Source: Gammaproteobacteria bacterium (GTDB taxonomy: Bacteria; Pseudomonadota; Gammaproteobacteria; Steroidobacterales; Steroidobacteraceae). Taken from it: 64,000 nt of DNA. How positions within the stretch are numbered: position 1 is the first letter of the stretch; each line of letters begins with the position of its first letter. Below the pieces are notes generated by a model. That model saw nothing but the letters and a program-made list of their open reading frames with translations. It had not been told where the DNA came from and ran no database searches. Shown here piece after piece: positions 45,147 to 54,941 of the stretch. A program made the translations under genes and the position numbers. The stretch lies in the NCBI GenBank assembly GCA_016874295.1, contig VGUH01000002.1, forward strand, positions 74,344-138,343. Direction: 5' to 3'.

Positions 45147-45959
45147 TTACTTCTTGCCGTCGCCCTTCCTAGCGTCCTTGCCGCCCTTGGCGGCGCCCTT
45201 CGCATCCGCAGCCGGCGCAGCGGCGCCCGCTGCGGGAGCTGCGGCCCCGGTGGCCGGCGCCGCGCCCGGTGCGCCCGGTGCGCCCGGTGCGCCAGGAACA
45301 GGAGCCGCGCCCGGCGCAGCGCCCGCAGCGGCAGCGGCCGCTGCGGCCTCGTCGACGACCGGAGCTTCCTCCTCCTCGACGCGCGGCATGTGGATCGACG
45401 CGACCGGACCGTCGCGGCCGGCAAGCAGGTCGACGAGCTCGACGCCCGCCGGCAGCCTGAGCCCGGAGAGCTTGACGACCTCGTTGATGGCGAGCCCGGA
45501 GACGTCGACCTCGACGAACTCGGGCAGGTCCTTCGGCAGGCACAGGACTTCGACGTCGTTGCGCACGTGCCCGAGCACGCCGCCCTGCTCCTTGACGCCC
45601 TTCGCCTCGGCGCCGCCCTTGAAGTGCAGCGGCACGCGCATCCTGATCTTCTCGTCCTCCAGCACGCGCTGGAAGTCGACGTGCACGATCCGGTTCCGGT
45701 ACGGGTGACGCTGCACGTCCTTGAGCACCGCGGCCTGCTGCGAGCTTCCGACCTTGAGCGCGAGGATGGTCGAATAGAAGCGCTCGTTGTCCATCAGCTG
45801 CGCGAGCTTGGTGTGATCGATGACCAGCGAGCGCGCGTCGCGCCTGCCTCCGTAGAGGATCGCCGGGACCTTGCCGAGATAACGCAGGCGGCGGCTCGCA
45901 CCCTTGCCCTGGTCTTCCCGGAACTCGGCGTCGAGTTCGAAGGAAATCTTCATGTTCAT
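45147..45959 (-). CDS. rplY: 50S ribosomal protein L25 (general stress protein Ctc form) with long Ala/Pro/Gly-rich C-terminal tail
   Basis: 270 aa. GKGASRRLR..GKVPAILYG and the two-domain Ctc body up to about residue 195, then EEEAPVVDEAAAAAAAAGAAPGAAPVPGAPGAPGAPGAAPATG...KGGKDARKGDGKK. Confidence 0.9.
   Translation of the reverse strand: MNMKISFELDAEFREDQGKGASRRLRYLGKVPAILYGGRRDARSLVIDHTKLAQLMDNERFYSTILALKVGSSQQAAVLKDVQRHPYRNRIVHVDFQRVLEDEKIRMRVPLHFKGGAEAKGVKEQGGVLGHVRNDVEVLCLPKDLPEFVEVDVSGLAINEVVKLSGLRLPAGVELVDLLAGRDGPVASIHMPRVEEEEAPVVDEAAAAAAAAGAAPGAAPVPGAPGAPGAPGAAPATGAAAPAAGAAAPAADAKGAAKGGKDARKGDGKK
45262..45293. repeat. Perfect 9-bp tandem repeat (GCGCCCGGT x3 plus a partial copy) inside the rplY tail
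   Basis: 45262-45270, 45271-45279 and 45280-45288 are identical. They encode GAPGAPGAPGA on the minus strand. Confidence 0.9.
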
Positions 45960-45971
45960 GACTCCGTTGTT

Positions 45972-46925
45972 TCAGTCTACGTACAGCGAACTGACGGATT
46001 CCTCGTCGCGAATCCGCCGCATCGTCTCCGCGAGCAGCTCTGCGACCGAGAGCACGCGGATACGCTTGCACTTCCTAGCGGCCTCGCCGAGCGGGATCGT
46101 GTCCGTCACGACCAGCTCATCGAGCGCGGATTTCCCGATCCGTTCCACCGCCTTGCCCGAGAGCACCGGGTGCGTGATGTAGGCGATCACGCGCTCCGCG
46201 CCCTCGTCCTTCAAAGCCTGCGCCGCCTGGCACAGCGTCCCCGCGGTGTCCACGAGGTCGTCCACCAGGATGCAGCTCCGCCCGCGCACGTCGCCGATGA
46301 TGTTCATCACCTGCGATTCGTTGGCGCGCTGCCGGCGCTTGTCGATGATCGCGAGGTCCGCGTTGTCTAGCCGGCGCGCCAGCGCCCTCGCCCGCACCAC
46401 GCCGCCGACGTCCGGCGACACCACGATCATGTTGTCGTATTTCTGCTTCCACACCTCGCCGAGCAGCACCGGCGAGGCGTACACGTTGTCCACGGGCACG
46501 CCGAAGAAGCCCTGGATCTGGTCCGCGTGCAGATCCACCGTCAGCACCCGGTTGACCCCCGCGCAGCCGATCATGTCCGCGACCAGCTTGGCCGTGATCG
46601 GCACGCGCATCGCGCGCTGGCGCCGGTCCTGGCGCGCGTAGCCGAGGTAGGGGATCACCGCGGTGATCCGCCCGGCCGAGGCGCGCTTGCACGCGTCCGC
46701 CATGACGAGAAGCTCCATGAGGTTCTCGTTGCTCGGCGGGCAGGTCGACTGCACCAGGTAGACGTCCTTGCCGCGGACGTTCTCCATGATCTCGACCTGG
46801 ATCTCGCCGTCGCTGAACCGCCCCACCATGGCGCGGCCGAGCGGCGTCATCAGGTGCCGCGCGATGTCCTGCGCGAGCACCGGATTCGCGTTGCCGGTGA
46901 ACACCGCCATCGTGGATTGATCCAC
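45972..46925 (-). CDS. prs: Ribose-phosphate pyrophosphokinase
   Basis: 317 aa. GTG 46925 is preceded by GGGAG at about 7 nt. [33 protein letters not shown]. Confidence 0.95.
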   Translation of the reverse strand: MDQSTMAVFTGNANPVLAQDIARHLMTPLGRAMVGRFSDGEIQVEIMENVRGKDVYLVQSTCPPSNENLMELLVMADACKRASAGRITAVIPYLGYARQDRRQRAMRVPITAKLVADMIGCAGVNRVLTVDLHADQIQGFFGVPVDNVYASPVLLGEVWKQKYDNMIVVSPDVGGVVRARALARRLDNADLAIIDKRRQRANESQVMNIIGDVRGRSCILVDDLVDTAGTLCQAAQALKDEGAERVIAYITHPVLSGKAVERIGKSALDELVVTDTIPLGEAARKCKRIRVLSVAELLAETMRRIRDEESVSSLYVD

Positions 46926-46939
46926 GCGCTTCTCCCTAA

Positions 46940-47014
46940 CTGGCTGGGGTGGAAGGATTCGAACCTTCGCATGACGGAACCAAAATCCGTTGCCTTACCA
47001 CTTGGCGACACCCC
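46940..47014 (-). tRNA. tRNA-Gln (anticodon TTG)
   Basis: Reverse complement is TGGGGTGTCGCCAAGTGGTAAGGCAACGGATTTTGGTTCCGTCATGCGAAGGTTCGAATCCTTCCACCCCAGCCA. Acceptor TGGGGTG/CACCCCA, anticodon loop TTTTGGT. Very close to E. coli tRNA-Gln as I recall it. Confidence 0.9.
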
Positions 47015-47018
47015 AGTT

Positions 47019-47885
47019 TCAAACCTTCCCGCTCCCGCGGGAGCGCTCCGCCGCCAGGCGTTCCTGCAGGGGCGAGCGGTCGAGCCCCCGGGCCACGAAT
47101 CCGCGCCACCCCCGCGGCAGGCCGTCGAGGGCCGCTTGCGCGGAACCGCGATCGGCGAAAGCCGCGAACACGCAGCTGCCGGTGCCGGTCATCTGCGCCG
47201 CGCCCCGTTCGGCGAGCCAAGCCAGCGCCCGGCGCACCTCGGGACTGCGCCCGGTCACCACCGGCTCGCAGTCGTTGCGACCACCTGCCTTCAGGAAGCC
47301 GCGAATTGTCGTCTTGGGGGTTTTCCTTGTCAATTCAGGAGCCTGAAACACCTCGGCGGTCGGGATCCCGACCCCCGGAAAGACGATGGCGTAGTGCCTG
47401 GCGGGCAATTCCAGGGGGGTCAGCCGCTCGCCCACTCCCTCGCCCCAGGCACTCCGGCCGTGGATGAACAGCGGCACGTCTGCGCCGAGTTCCAGGCCGA
47501 TTTCCGCCAGGGTTTCGACCGGCAGGCGCAACCCCCAGATTTCGTTCAGGGCGACGAGCGTCGTTGCGGCATCGGAGCTGCCCCCGCCGAGCCCCCCCTG
47601 GAGCGGGATCCGCTTGTCGAGCCGGATGTCGATCCCGACCGGCCGGCCGGCAACCGACCGAAGCCTGCGCGCAGCCCGCATGCAGAGATCGCCCTCCGCC
47701 CGTACCCCGGCGGGGCCGGCCAGGCGCCGGATATCGCCGTCCGCGCGCAGCGTGAATTGCAGCTCGTCGGCGAGGTCCACGAGCTGGAAGGCGGTTTGCA
47801 AATCGTGGTAACCGTCGGGGCGGCGTCCGGTCACGTGCAGGAACAGGTTGAGTTTCGCGGGTGCAGGCCAGGGCAACGTGCTCAC
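47019..47885 (-). CDS. ispE: 4-(cytidine 5'-diphospho)-2-C-methyl-D-erythritol kinase
   Basis: 288 aa. PAPAKLNLFLHVTGRRPDGYH, GLGGGSSDAA (GHMP kinase motif). Confidence 0.95.
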   Translation of the reverse strand: MSTLPWPAPAKLNLFLHVTGRRPDGYHDLQTAFQLVDLADELQFTLRADGDIRRLAGPAGVRAEGDLCMRAARRLRSVAGRPVGIDIRLDKRIPLQGGLGGGSSDAATTLVALNEIWGLRLPVETLAEIGLELGADVPLFIHGRSAWGEGVGERLTPLELPARHYAIVFPGVGIPTAEVFQAPELTRKTPKTTIRGFLKAGGRNDCEPVVTGRSPEVRRALAWLAERGAAQMTGTGSCVFAAFADRGSAQAALDGLPRGWRGFVARGLDRSPLQERLAAERSRGSGKV

Positions 47886-48472
47886 GGCGGCAACTGCCAG
47901 TCGGAGGCGATGACGCGCAGGCGCAGGTCTTCCCGGGTCATCTCGATGCGTGCCGGCAGGCTGAGTGCGCCGACGCCCAGGTAGCGGTCGTAACGAACCT
48001 GCCAGCCCGATTGCACGAGGCGCGCGAGCCTGCGGTCGCCGCCGAGCGTTTCTTCGGCTGCCATGCCGGGGACCGGCACGCCGAGCACCCAGTAGCGCAT
48101 CTCGGCCACCGGCAGCGCCTGCCCGGCGCCAAAGTGGCGCACGAGCAGGCGCTCCGATTCAGCGTCCGCGAGCGGCTCGCCATCCACGAGGACGGCGGCA
48201 CGGCCGCTCTCGACCCGAATCGCGAGTCCCTTGCCGCCCATCGGCCCGGAGACCGCGATGTCGGCGCGGTCGCGGACCTGCGCCCAGCGCAGGCCGCCGG
48301 AGAATCCGTCCTCGCCCGCGGCGACCGCGATGCGCCCGGCGAGCGTCCACGCATCGAGCGCCTGCAGGGCCGCGCAGCGCGCCAGCCAGTCGTCTTCGGC
48401 CGCGGGAGGCGGCAAGGTCGCGCAGCCGGCGAGCAGCGACAGGAACGTCGCGGCCGCGACGCGGGCGGTCAC
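47882..48472 (-). CDS. lolB: Outer-membrane lipoprotein insertion protein LolB
   Basis: GTG 48472 (VTARVAAATFLSLLAGCA lipobox) overlaps the upstream stop (GTGA). Conserved position between the TPR gene and ispE. 196 aa. Confidence 0.8.
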   Translation of the reverse strand: MTARVAAATFLSLLAGCATLPPPAAEDDWLARCAALQALDAWTLAGRIAVAAGEDGFSGGLRWAQVRDRADIAVSGPMGGKGLAIRVESGRAAVLVDGEPLADAESERLLVRHFGAGQALPVAEMRYWVLGVPVPGMAAEETLGGDRRLARLVQSGWQVRYDRYLGVGALSLPARIEMTREDLRLRVIASDWQLPP

Positions 48473-50124
48473 GGCGCGCGGCGCTCGATCGCGCGCTTGA
48501 GCGGCGGGCTGTCCGGATTGTCTGCGAGCGCCTCGTCCCAGAGGCGTCTTGCATCCTCGCGCCTGCCCATGCGCCATAACGTCTCGCCGAGATGCGCAGC
48601 CACCTCGGGATCTTCCGACAGGTCCCAGGCGCGCTCGAGCCAGCCCTTGCCTTCCTCGAGCCGGCCGGCCTGGACGAGCGCCCAGCCCATCGAGTCCTGG
48701 ATCGCGTAGCTGTCGGGCTTCGCGGCGATCGCGCGCTCGATCAGCGCCGTGCCTTCCGCGACCGACTTCGTGCGATCGACCAGCGTGTAGCCGAGCGCAT
48801 TGAGCGTCATCGGGTCGTTCGGGCGGCGCTTCGCCACCTCGCGCATGTCGGCGACGGCTTCCGGCACGCGGTCGATGCGCTCGAGCAGGAAGCCGCGCGC
48901 GAGCATGAGCCCGTCGTCGGGCAGGACCTCGAGCGCGCGGTCGAGGAACGCGATGGCCTCGCCCCTCCTGCCCTCGTCCACGAGGATCGCGCCGACGCCC
49001 GAGACGACGTCCGCGGTGTCGGCCGGCGAATCGGCCTGGAAATCGTCGAGCAGCATTTCCGCGAGCTCGGGCGATCCCTGCTCGCGCAGCAGGCGAAAAC
49101 TGCGCAGCTGCGAGGCGATCGCGCGCGGACCCGAATCGATCGCCTGGTAGAGCAGCGCGGCGCGTGCCGTGTCGCCCCGCTCCTCGGCGAGGCGGGCGCG
49201 CAGCCAGCGCACGTTCTGGGTCTGCTCGGGGTCGCGGTCCGCTTCGAGGACGAACCGGTCGGCATCGTCCAGGCGATTCTCGTCGAGCGCGATCGACGCG
49301 AGCGCGAGCGCGGCTTCCGATGCGACGGCACCGCCGCCGCGCCGCAGGTCATCGAACAGCGCGACCGCCTCGTCCCGCCGGTCGGCGGCGAGCAGCTGCC
49401 AGGCGTGGGACAGCCGCATCAGCGGGTCGCCCGTGTCCGCAAGCCGCGCGGAGGCCGCGAGCGCCTCGCCGCGCCTGCCCTGCGCCGCAAGTGCGCGGAC
49501 GCGCGCGTACTCCGCCTGCGGCCAGCCGGGCTTCAGCGCCAGCGCGCGGTCCAGGGCCGCGATCGCCTGGTCGCCGTGCTCGGCCCGCTGCCACAGCGTG
49601 CCGGCGGCGAACTGCGCCTCGGGCAAGGTCGGATCTTTCGCGGCGAGGCGTTCCATGACGCGCGCGGCACCGGTTTCGTTGCCTTCCGCCGACAGGATGC
49701 CGAGCAGCACGAGATAACCGCGTGCGCGGTCGGCATAGGACGTGTCGAGCAGCAGCCTGAACTGCTCCGCGGCTGCGTCTTCGTCGTACCGGCGCAGCAA
49801 CCCGGTCGCGAGGTAACGGCGCGCGACTTCGTTCGCGGGCGAAAGCTCGAGCCAGCGTCGCGCGGACTCGACCGCGCGCTCGAGCTGCAGCTTGTCCCAG
49901 GCTACGCGTGTCGCCCGCTCGGCGACGGCGGCGTCGGCGCTCGCCGCGACCGCGCAGGCGTAGCGGCGGGCCGCCTCCGGCCAGGCGGCGCGCGCGAGCG
50001 CGTGTTCGGCGGCGGCCAGGAGGGAATCGGCATCGCCGCGCGGGCAGCCTTGCCGCGCAGCGGTCGCGGGCAACGCCGCGAGCGCGAGCAGCAGGGCCGC
50101 GGGCAGACGTGCCGGCATGTGCAT
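48469..50124 (-). CDS. Secreted tetratricopeptide-repeat protein (conserved lolB/hemA neighbour)
   Basis: Start at ATG 50124 (MHMPARLPAALLLALAALPATAA signal). Repeated A-x-x-Y/L..AL TPR-like helices throughout. 551 aa. Confidence 0.75.
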   Translation of the reverse strand: MHMPARLPAALLLALAALPATAARQGCPRGDADSLLAAAEHALARAAWPEAARRYACAVAASADAAVAERATRVAWDKLQLERAVESARRWLELSPANEVARRYLATGLLRRYDEDAAAEQFRLLLDTSYADRARGYLVLLGILSAEGNETGAARVMERLAAKDPTLPEAQFAAGTLWQRAEHGDQAIAALDRALALKPGWPQAEYARVRALAAQGRRGEALAASARLADTGDPLMRLSHAWQLLAADRRDEAVALFDDLRRGGGAVASEAALALASIALDENRLDDADRFVLEADRDPEQTQNVRWLRARLAEERGDTARAALLYQAIDSGPRAIASQLRSFRLLREQGSPELAEMLLDDFQADSPADTADVVSGVGAILVDEGRRGEAIAFLDRALEVLPDDGLMLARGFLLERIDRVPEAVADMREVAKRRPNDPMTLNALGYTLVDRTKSVAEGTALIERAIAAKPDSYAIQDSMGWALVQAGRLEEGKGWLERAWDLSEDPEVAAHLGETLWRMGRREDARRLWDEALADNPDSPPLKRAIERRAP

Positions 50125-50222
50125 CGCATCACTATACCCGTGCGCGGCACGCACCGCGCTTGTGCTGCCGGGTTCGTTACCGGACAATTCGCCGGCCGAT
50201 TCCCGCAGCCGGCCCAGCTCCC

Positions 50223-51476
50223 ATGTCCCTCCTCGTCCTCGGCCTGAATCACCGCACCGCGCCGATCGAGGTGCGCGAGCGCATCGTGTTCGACGCCGAG
50301 CATTTGCCGCGCGCGCTCGCATCGCTGCGCGCCCTGCCCGGCCTGACGGAGGCCGTGATCGTCTCCACCTGCAACCGCACCGAGGTCTACGCCGTCGGCG
50401 GTTCCGCCGAGGCGGTGTCGGGCTGGCTGGTCGCGGAATCCGGCGGCGACGGCGCGCTCACCGACTGCCTGTACCGCATCGAGGAGGCAGACGCCGTGGG
50501 CCACCTGTTCTCGGTGGCTGCGGGACTCGATTCGCTGATCCTCGGCGAGCCGCAGATCCTCGGCCAGCTCAAGGACGCCTATCGCAGTGCGCAGCAGGCG
50601 GGCACGGCCGGCACCCACCTCAACCACCTGTTCCAGACCTCGTTCGCAGTCGCCAAGCGCGTGCGCACCGAGACCGCGATCGGCGCGGCTGCGGTATCGG
50701 TCGCCGCGGCGGGCATCCAGCTCGCGCGGCGCGTATTCGCGGGGCTCGAGCGCCACACCGCGCTGCTGGTCGGCGCCGGGGAAATGATCGAGCTCACCGC
50801 GCGTCACCTGCACGCGCAGGGCATCGGCCGGCTGATCATCGCGAACCGCAGCACCAGCCGCGCCCAGCGCATCGCCGATGGGCTGCCCGCGTCGGTGATC
50901 CGGCTCGACGCGCTTGCCGCGCACCTGCCGCAGGCCGACATGGTGGTGTCCTCGACGGCGCGGCCGGGCCACGTGATCGCGTACCAGGACGTGGTGCGCG
51001 CGCTCGACGAGCGCCGCCACCGGCCGATGTTCATGCTCGACCTCGCGGTGCCGCGCGACGTCGACCCGCGGGTCGGCACGCTCGAGGACGTCTACCTGTA
51101 CACGATCGACGACCTGCGGCAGGTCGTGGACGAGAACCTGAAGGCGCGCGAGGCGGAGGCCGTCGTCGCGCGCCGCCTGATCGACGCCGACGTCGCCGAG
51201 TTCATGACCGGTCTCAAGGTGCTTGACGCCGCACCCGCGATCCGCGAGCTGCGTGGCCTGGCCGAGGCGCTGCGCGACGCGGCGCTCGCCGAGGCGCGGC
51301 GCCAGCTCGCCGCCGGCCAGCCGCCGCAGGCCGTGCTCGAGCAGCTCGCCGCCACCCTCACCAACCGCCTGCTGCACGCGCCCTCCGCGGCGCTGCGCGA
51401 GGCCGCCGAGACCGGCGACATCACCCTCGCGGAGGCGGCGGCGCGCCTGTTCCGCACCGGGCGCGACGGCCCATGA
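50223..51476 (+). CDS. hemA: Glutamyl-tRNA reductase
   Basis: 418 aa. [28 protein letters not shown] (catalytic Cys), GAGEMIEL. Confidence 0.95.
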   Translation: MSLLVLGLNHRTAPIEVRERIVFDAEHLPRALASLRALPGLTEAVIVSTCNRTEVYAVGGSAEAVSGWLVAESGGDGALTDCLYRIEEADAVGHLFSVAAGLDSLILGEPQILGQLKDAYRSAQQAGTAGTHLNHLFQTSFAVAKRVRTETAIGAAAVSVAAAGIQLARRVFAGLERHTALLVGAGEMIELTARHLHAQGIGRLIIANRSTSRAQRIADGLPASVIRLDALAAHLPQADMVVSSTARPGHVIAYQDVVRALDERRHRPMFMLDLAVPRDVDPRVGTLEDVYLYTIDDLRQVVDENLKAREAEAVVARRLIDADVAEFMTGLKVLDAAPAIRELRGLAEALRDAALAEARRQLAAGQPPQAVLEQLAATLTNRLLHAPSAALREAAETGDITLAEAAARLFRTGRDGP

Positions 51477-52552
51477 AGGACGCCATCCGGCGCCGGCTCG
51501 AGCGCATCGCGGACCGGCACGCGGAGCTCGAACGCATGCTCTCGGACCCGGTGGCGCTCGGGGACTCCGCGCGCTTCCGCGCGCTGTCCATGGAGTTCGC
51601 GCGCGTCGACCCGATCGCGCGCAGTCTCGGGCGTCTCGCCGGCCGCGAGCGCGAGCTCGCGGCGGCGCGCGCCATGGCCGCGGACCCGGACGCGGGCCTG
51701 CGCGCGCTGGCGCAACAGGAAATCCTGGCGCTCGAGCGCGCGATTGCGGACGACGAGGCCGAGCTCGAGCGCCTGCTGGTACCCGCCGACCCGCTCGACG
51801 ACCACAACGTGTTCCTCGAGATCCGCGCCGCCGCGGGCGGCGACGAGGCCGCGATCTTCGCCGGCGACCTGTTCCGCATGTACGCCCGCTACGCGGAACG
51901 CCGGGGCTGGAGCGTCGAGCTCCTGTCGGAGAGCCGCGGCGAGCACGGCGGCTACCGCGAGGTGATCAGCCGTATCGCCGGGCGCGGCGTCTATGCCGCG
52001 CTCAAGTTCGAGTCCGGCACGCACCGCGTCCAGCGCGTGCCGGCGACCGAGTCGCAGGGCCGCATCCACACCTCGACCTGCACCGTGGCGGTGCTGCCCG
52101 AGATCGCCGAAGTCGAGAGTGTCGAGATCAACCCGGCGACACTGCGCATCGACACTTACCGCTCCTCGGGCGCCGGCGGCCAGCACGTCAACAAGACCGA
52201 CTCGGCCGTGCGCATCACCCACCTGCCGTCGGGTATCGTCGTCGAGTGCCAGGATGAGCGCTCGCAGCACAAGAACCGCGCCCGGGCGATGGCGCTCCTG
52301 CGCGCGCGGCTGCTCGCGGCCGAGCGCGAGCGCCGGGCGACCGAGAAGGCCGAGAAGCGGCGCCTGCAGGTCGGCACCGGCGACCGTTCGGAGCGCATCC
52401 GCACCTACAACTTCCCGCAGGGCCGGCTGACCGACCATCGCATCGAGCTGACGCTCTACCGGCTGGATAGCATCGTCGACGGCGACCTCGACGAAGTCAT
52501 CGGCACGCTCGCGCGCGAGCACCAGGCGGAAGAGCTGGCCGCGCTCGAATGA
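51473..52552 (+). CDS. prfA: Peptide chain release factor 1
   Basis: 359 aa. [12 protein letters not shown] (PxT region) and [16 protein letters not shown] (GGQ). The start overlaps the hemA stop. Confidence 0.95.
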   Translation: MKDAIRRRLERIADRHAELERMLSDPVALGDSARFRALSMEFARVDPIARSLGRLAGRERELAAARAMAADPDAGLRALAQQEILALERAIADDEAELERLLVPADPLDDHNVFLEIRAAAGGDEAAIFAGDLFRMYARYAERRGWSVELLSESRGEHGGYREVISRIAGRGVYAALKFESGTHRVQRVPATESQGRIHTSTCTVAVLPEIAEVESVEINPATLRIDTYRSSGAGGQHVNKTDSAVRITHLPSGIVVECQDERSQHKNRARAMALLRARLLAAERERRATEKAEKRRLQVGTGDRSERIRTYNFPQGRLTDHRIELTLYRLDSIVDGDLDEVIGTLAREHQAEELAALE

Positions 52553-53424
52553 TCCGCGCCGCCGACGCGATCGCCGCGCTGCGCGAGCGCCTCGCCGCCG
52601 CGTCCCCGAGCGCAGCGCTCGACGCTGAGCTCATGGTCGCGCACGTGCTCGGCCTCGGCCGCGCCGCGCTCGCCGCCGAGCCGCAGCGCACGCTCGCGCC
52701 CGAGGAACTCACGACGCTCGAGGCGCTGGCGCGCCGGCGCCTGGCCGGCGAGCCGGTCGCCTACCTGACCGGTCGCCGCGAGTTCTGGTCGCTCGAACTC
52801 GAGGTCACGCCGGACGTGCTGGTGCCGCGACCGGAGACGGAGCTGCTGGTCGAGCGCACGCTCGCCGCGATCGCGGGCCTCGCGCGGCCGGCCGTGCTCG
52901 ACCTAGGCACCGGCAGCGGCGCGATCGCGCTCGCGGTGGCCAGGGAGCGCGCGGATGCGGCCGTGACGGCGACCGACGCCTCGCCGGCGGCGCTCGCGGT
53001 CGCGCGGCGCAACGCTGCGCGGCTCGGCCTCGCCAACCTGCGCTTCTTCACGGGCGACTGGTACGCGCCGCTCGCCGGCGCGCGCTTCGACGCAATCGCC
53101 TCGAATCCGCCCTACGTCGCCGAGGACGATCCTGCGCTCGCGGGTCTCGCGCACGAGCCGCGCCTCGCGGTATCGCCAGGGCCGGACGGGCTCGCGGCGC
53201 TCGCGGCGGTCACGGCCGGTGCCGCCGTCCACCTCGCGCCGGGCGGGCGGCTGCTGCTCGAGCACGGCGCCGCCCAAGGGGCCGCGGTCCGGGCCCTGCT
53301 CGGCGCCGCGGGCTTCGGGCGCATCGAGACGCGCCGCGACCTTGCGGGCCATGAGCGCGTGACGGAAGGCGCGTGGCCGCGCGAGGCATTAGAATCGGCG
53401 CCCCTAACGGAGGGTTCCAGATGA
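52549..53424 (+). CDS. prmC: Release-factor glutamine N5-methyltransferase
   Basis: 291 aa. [12 protein letters not shown] and SNPPYV motifs. Overlaps the prfA stop. Confidence 0.9.
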   Translation: MIRAADAIAALRERLAAASPSAALDAELMVAHVLGLGRAALAAEPQRTLAPEELTTLEALARRRLAGEPVAYLTGRREFWSLELEVTPDVLVPRPETELLVERTLAAIAGLARPAVLDLGTGSGAIALAVARERADAAVTATDASPAALAVARRNAARLGLANLRFFTGDWYAPLAGARFDAIASNPPYVAEDDPALAGLAHEPRLAVSPGPDGLAALAAVTAGAAVHLAPGGRLLLEHGAAQGAAVRALLGAAGFGRIETRRDLAGHERVTEGAWPREALESAPLTEGSR

Positions 53425-53912
53425 TCAAGTTCGAGACTTCCCACGGCGTCTTCACGGTCGAGGTCGACGAGGCGTCGGCGCCGATCTCGGCGAAGAATTT
53501 CCTGCGTTACGTGGACGAGGGCTTCTACGACGGCACGATCTTCCACCGCGTGATCCCCGGCTTCATGATCCAGGGCGGCGGCTTCACCGGCGACATGGCG
53601 CACAAGGATGACCACGCGCCGATCAGGAATGAAGCCGACAACGGGCTCAGGAACCAGCGCGGTACGCTCGCCATGGCGCGCACCAACGACCTGCACAGCG
53701 CGACCTCGCAGTTCTTCATCAATCTCGTGGACAACGGCTTCCTGGACCACAAGACCGGGAACTTCGGCTACGCGGTCTTCGGCCGCGTGACCGCAGGGCT
53801 GAAGGTCATCGACAAGATCGCGAAGGTGAAGACCGGGCGCCGCCACGGCCACGACGACGTGCCCGCTGAGGCGGTCGTGATCAAGTCCGCCCGGCGCGCC
53901 GGTACCGCCTGA
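53421..53912 (+). CDS. ppiB: Cyclophilin-type peptidyl-prolyl cis-trans isomerase
   Basis: Start at ATG 53421 (ATGA overlap with prmC). [22 protein letters not shown]. 163 aa, no signal peptide. Confidence 0.85.
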   Translation: MIKFETSHGVFTVEVDEASAPISAKNFLRYVDEGFYDGTIFHRVIPGFMIQGGGFTGDMAHKDDHAPIRNEADNGLRNQRGTLAMARTNDLHSATSQFFINLVDNGFLDHKTGNFGYAVFGRVTAGLKVIDKIAKVKTGRRHGHDDVPAEAVVIKSARRAGTA

Positions 53913-53925
53913 GGCGCCCGCCCCG

Positions 53926-54633
53926 ATGGAGCGTCGCTCGCCGGCGGCGCGGACCCTGCGCGCGGCGGCGCTCGCGGTCCTCGCGGCGGCCGCGGTCAGC
54001 GTCGTCGCGGTGCTGGCGTTCCGCTGGCTGCCGGTGCCCATGACCGCATTCATGATCGGCGAGCGTCTCGCCACCCGCGCCGCGGACCAGTCGCTCGACC
54101 AGCGCCAGAACTGGGTGCCCTGGGAGCGCATCTCGCCGCACGCCGCGGTCGCGGTGATCGCCGCCGAGGACCAGAAATTCCCGGCGCACGGCGGCTTCGA
54201 CTTCTCTGCGATCGAGCAGGCAGTCACCGACGCGCAGCGCGGCCGCCGGCTGCGCGGCGCGAGCACCATCAGCCAGCAGGTCGCCAAGAACCTGTTCCTG
54301 TGGTCGGGCCAGAGCTGGGTGCGCAAGGGGCTCGAGGCCTGGTTCACCGTGTGGATCGAGCTCCTCTGGCCGAAGCAGCGCATCCTCGAGGTGTACCTGA
54401 ATGTCGCGCAGTTCGGCCGCGGCACCTGGGGCGTCGAGGCGGCGAGCCGGCGCTACTTCGGCAAGCCGGCCGCGAAGCTGACGCGCCACGAGGCGGCCCT
54501 GCTCGCGGCGGTGCTGCCGAGCCCCACACGCTATCGCGTGGTGAACCCCGGGCCCTGGGTGCGCCAGCGCCAGCAGTGGATCCTCGGGCAGATGCACCGG
54601 CTCGGCGGGCCGGCCCTGCTCGAAGACCTGTAG
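53926..54633 (+). CDS. mtgA: Monofunctional biosynthetic peptidoglycan transglycosylase
   Basis: 235 aa. N-terminal TM, AVIAAEDQKFPAHGGFD, STISQQVAKNLFL, RILEVYLNVAQFG. Confidence 0.9.
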   Translation: MERRSPAARTLRAAALAVLAAAAVSVVAVLAFRWLPVPMTAFMIGERLATRAADQSLDQRQNWVPWERISPHAAVAVIAAEDQKFPAHGGFDFSAIEQAVTDAQRGRRLRGASTISQQVAKNLFLWSGQSWVRKGLEAWFTVWIELLWPKQRILEVYLNVAQFGRGTWGVEAASRRYFGKPAAKLTRHEAALLAAVLPSPTRYRVVNPGPWVRQRQQWILGQMHRLGGPALLEDL

Positions 54634-54672
54634 CGAAGCCCGTACAATGCGCCGTTACCCGGAGACCGGACG

Positions 54673-54924
54673 ATGGTCGAAAAATCCCTCGAGAATCTGC
54701 TGCTCGCCTGCCGCTGGCTGCTGGCGCCGCTCTACCTCAGCCTGATCGTGATGGTGATGTTCTCCGGCTACGAGAACTTCGTGTCGCGCATGGACGCGCA
54801 GCAGATCGCGAACGACAAGATCCTCTGGTACGTCGTCCTGCACCTGACCTTCGTCGTGTCAGCGGTGCTGCTCGGCGTGCTCGACAAGATCTCCTTCGCC
54901 GCGCACCGCAAGGAAGCAGCCTGA
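54673..54924 (+). CDS. UPF0114/YqhA-family membrane protein, only about half the usual length (83 aa)
   Basis: Reads MVEKSLENLLLACRWLLAPLYLSLIV-MVMFSGYENFVS-RMDAQQIANDKILWYVVLHLTFVVSAVLLGVLDK. The three blocks match the N-terminus, middle and C-terminus of YqhA (about 164 aa in E. coli as I recall). The two intervening segments are absent and the frame is kept. Confidence 0.6.
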   Translation: MVEKSLENLLLACRWLLAPLYLSLIVMVMFSGYENFVSRMDAQQIANDKILWYVVLHLTFVVSAVLLGVLDKISFAAHRKEAA

Positions 54925-54941
54925 ACCGGAGGATGACTCAC

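Noticed and set aside
45262-45293. Short tandem repeat as a possible CRISPR-like or VNTR non-coding element.
   Set aside because: It lies inside the rplY reading frame, has a 9-bp unit with no spacers, and simply encodes GAP repeats of a low-complexity tail.
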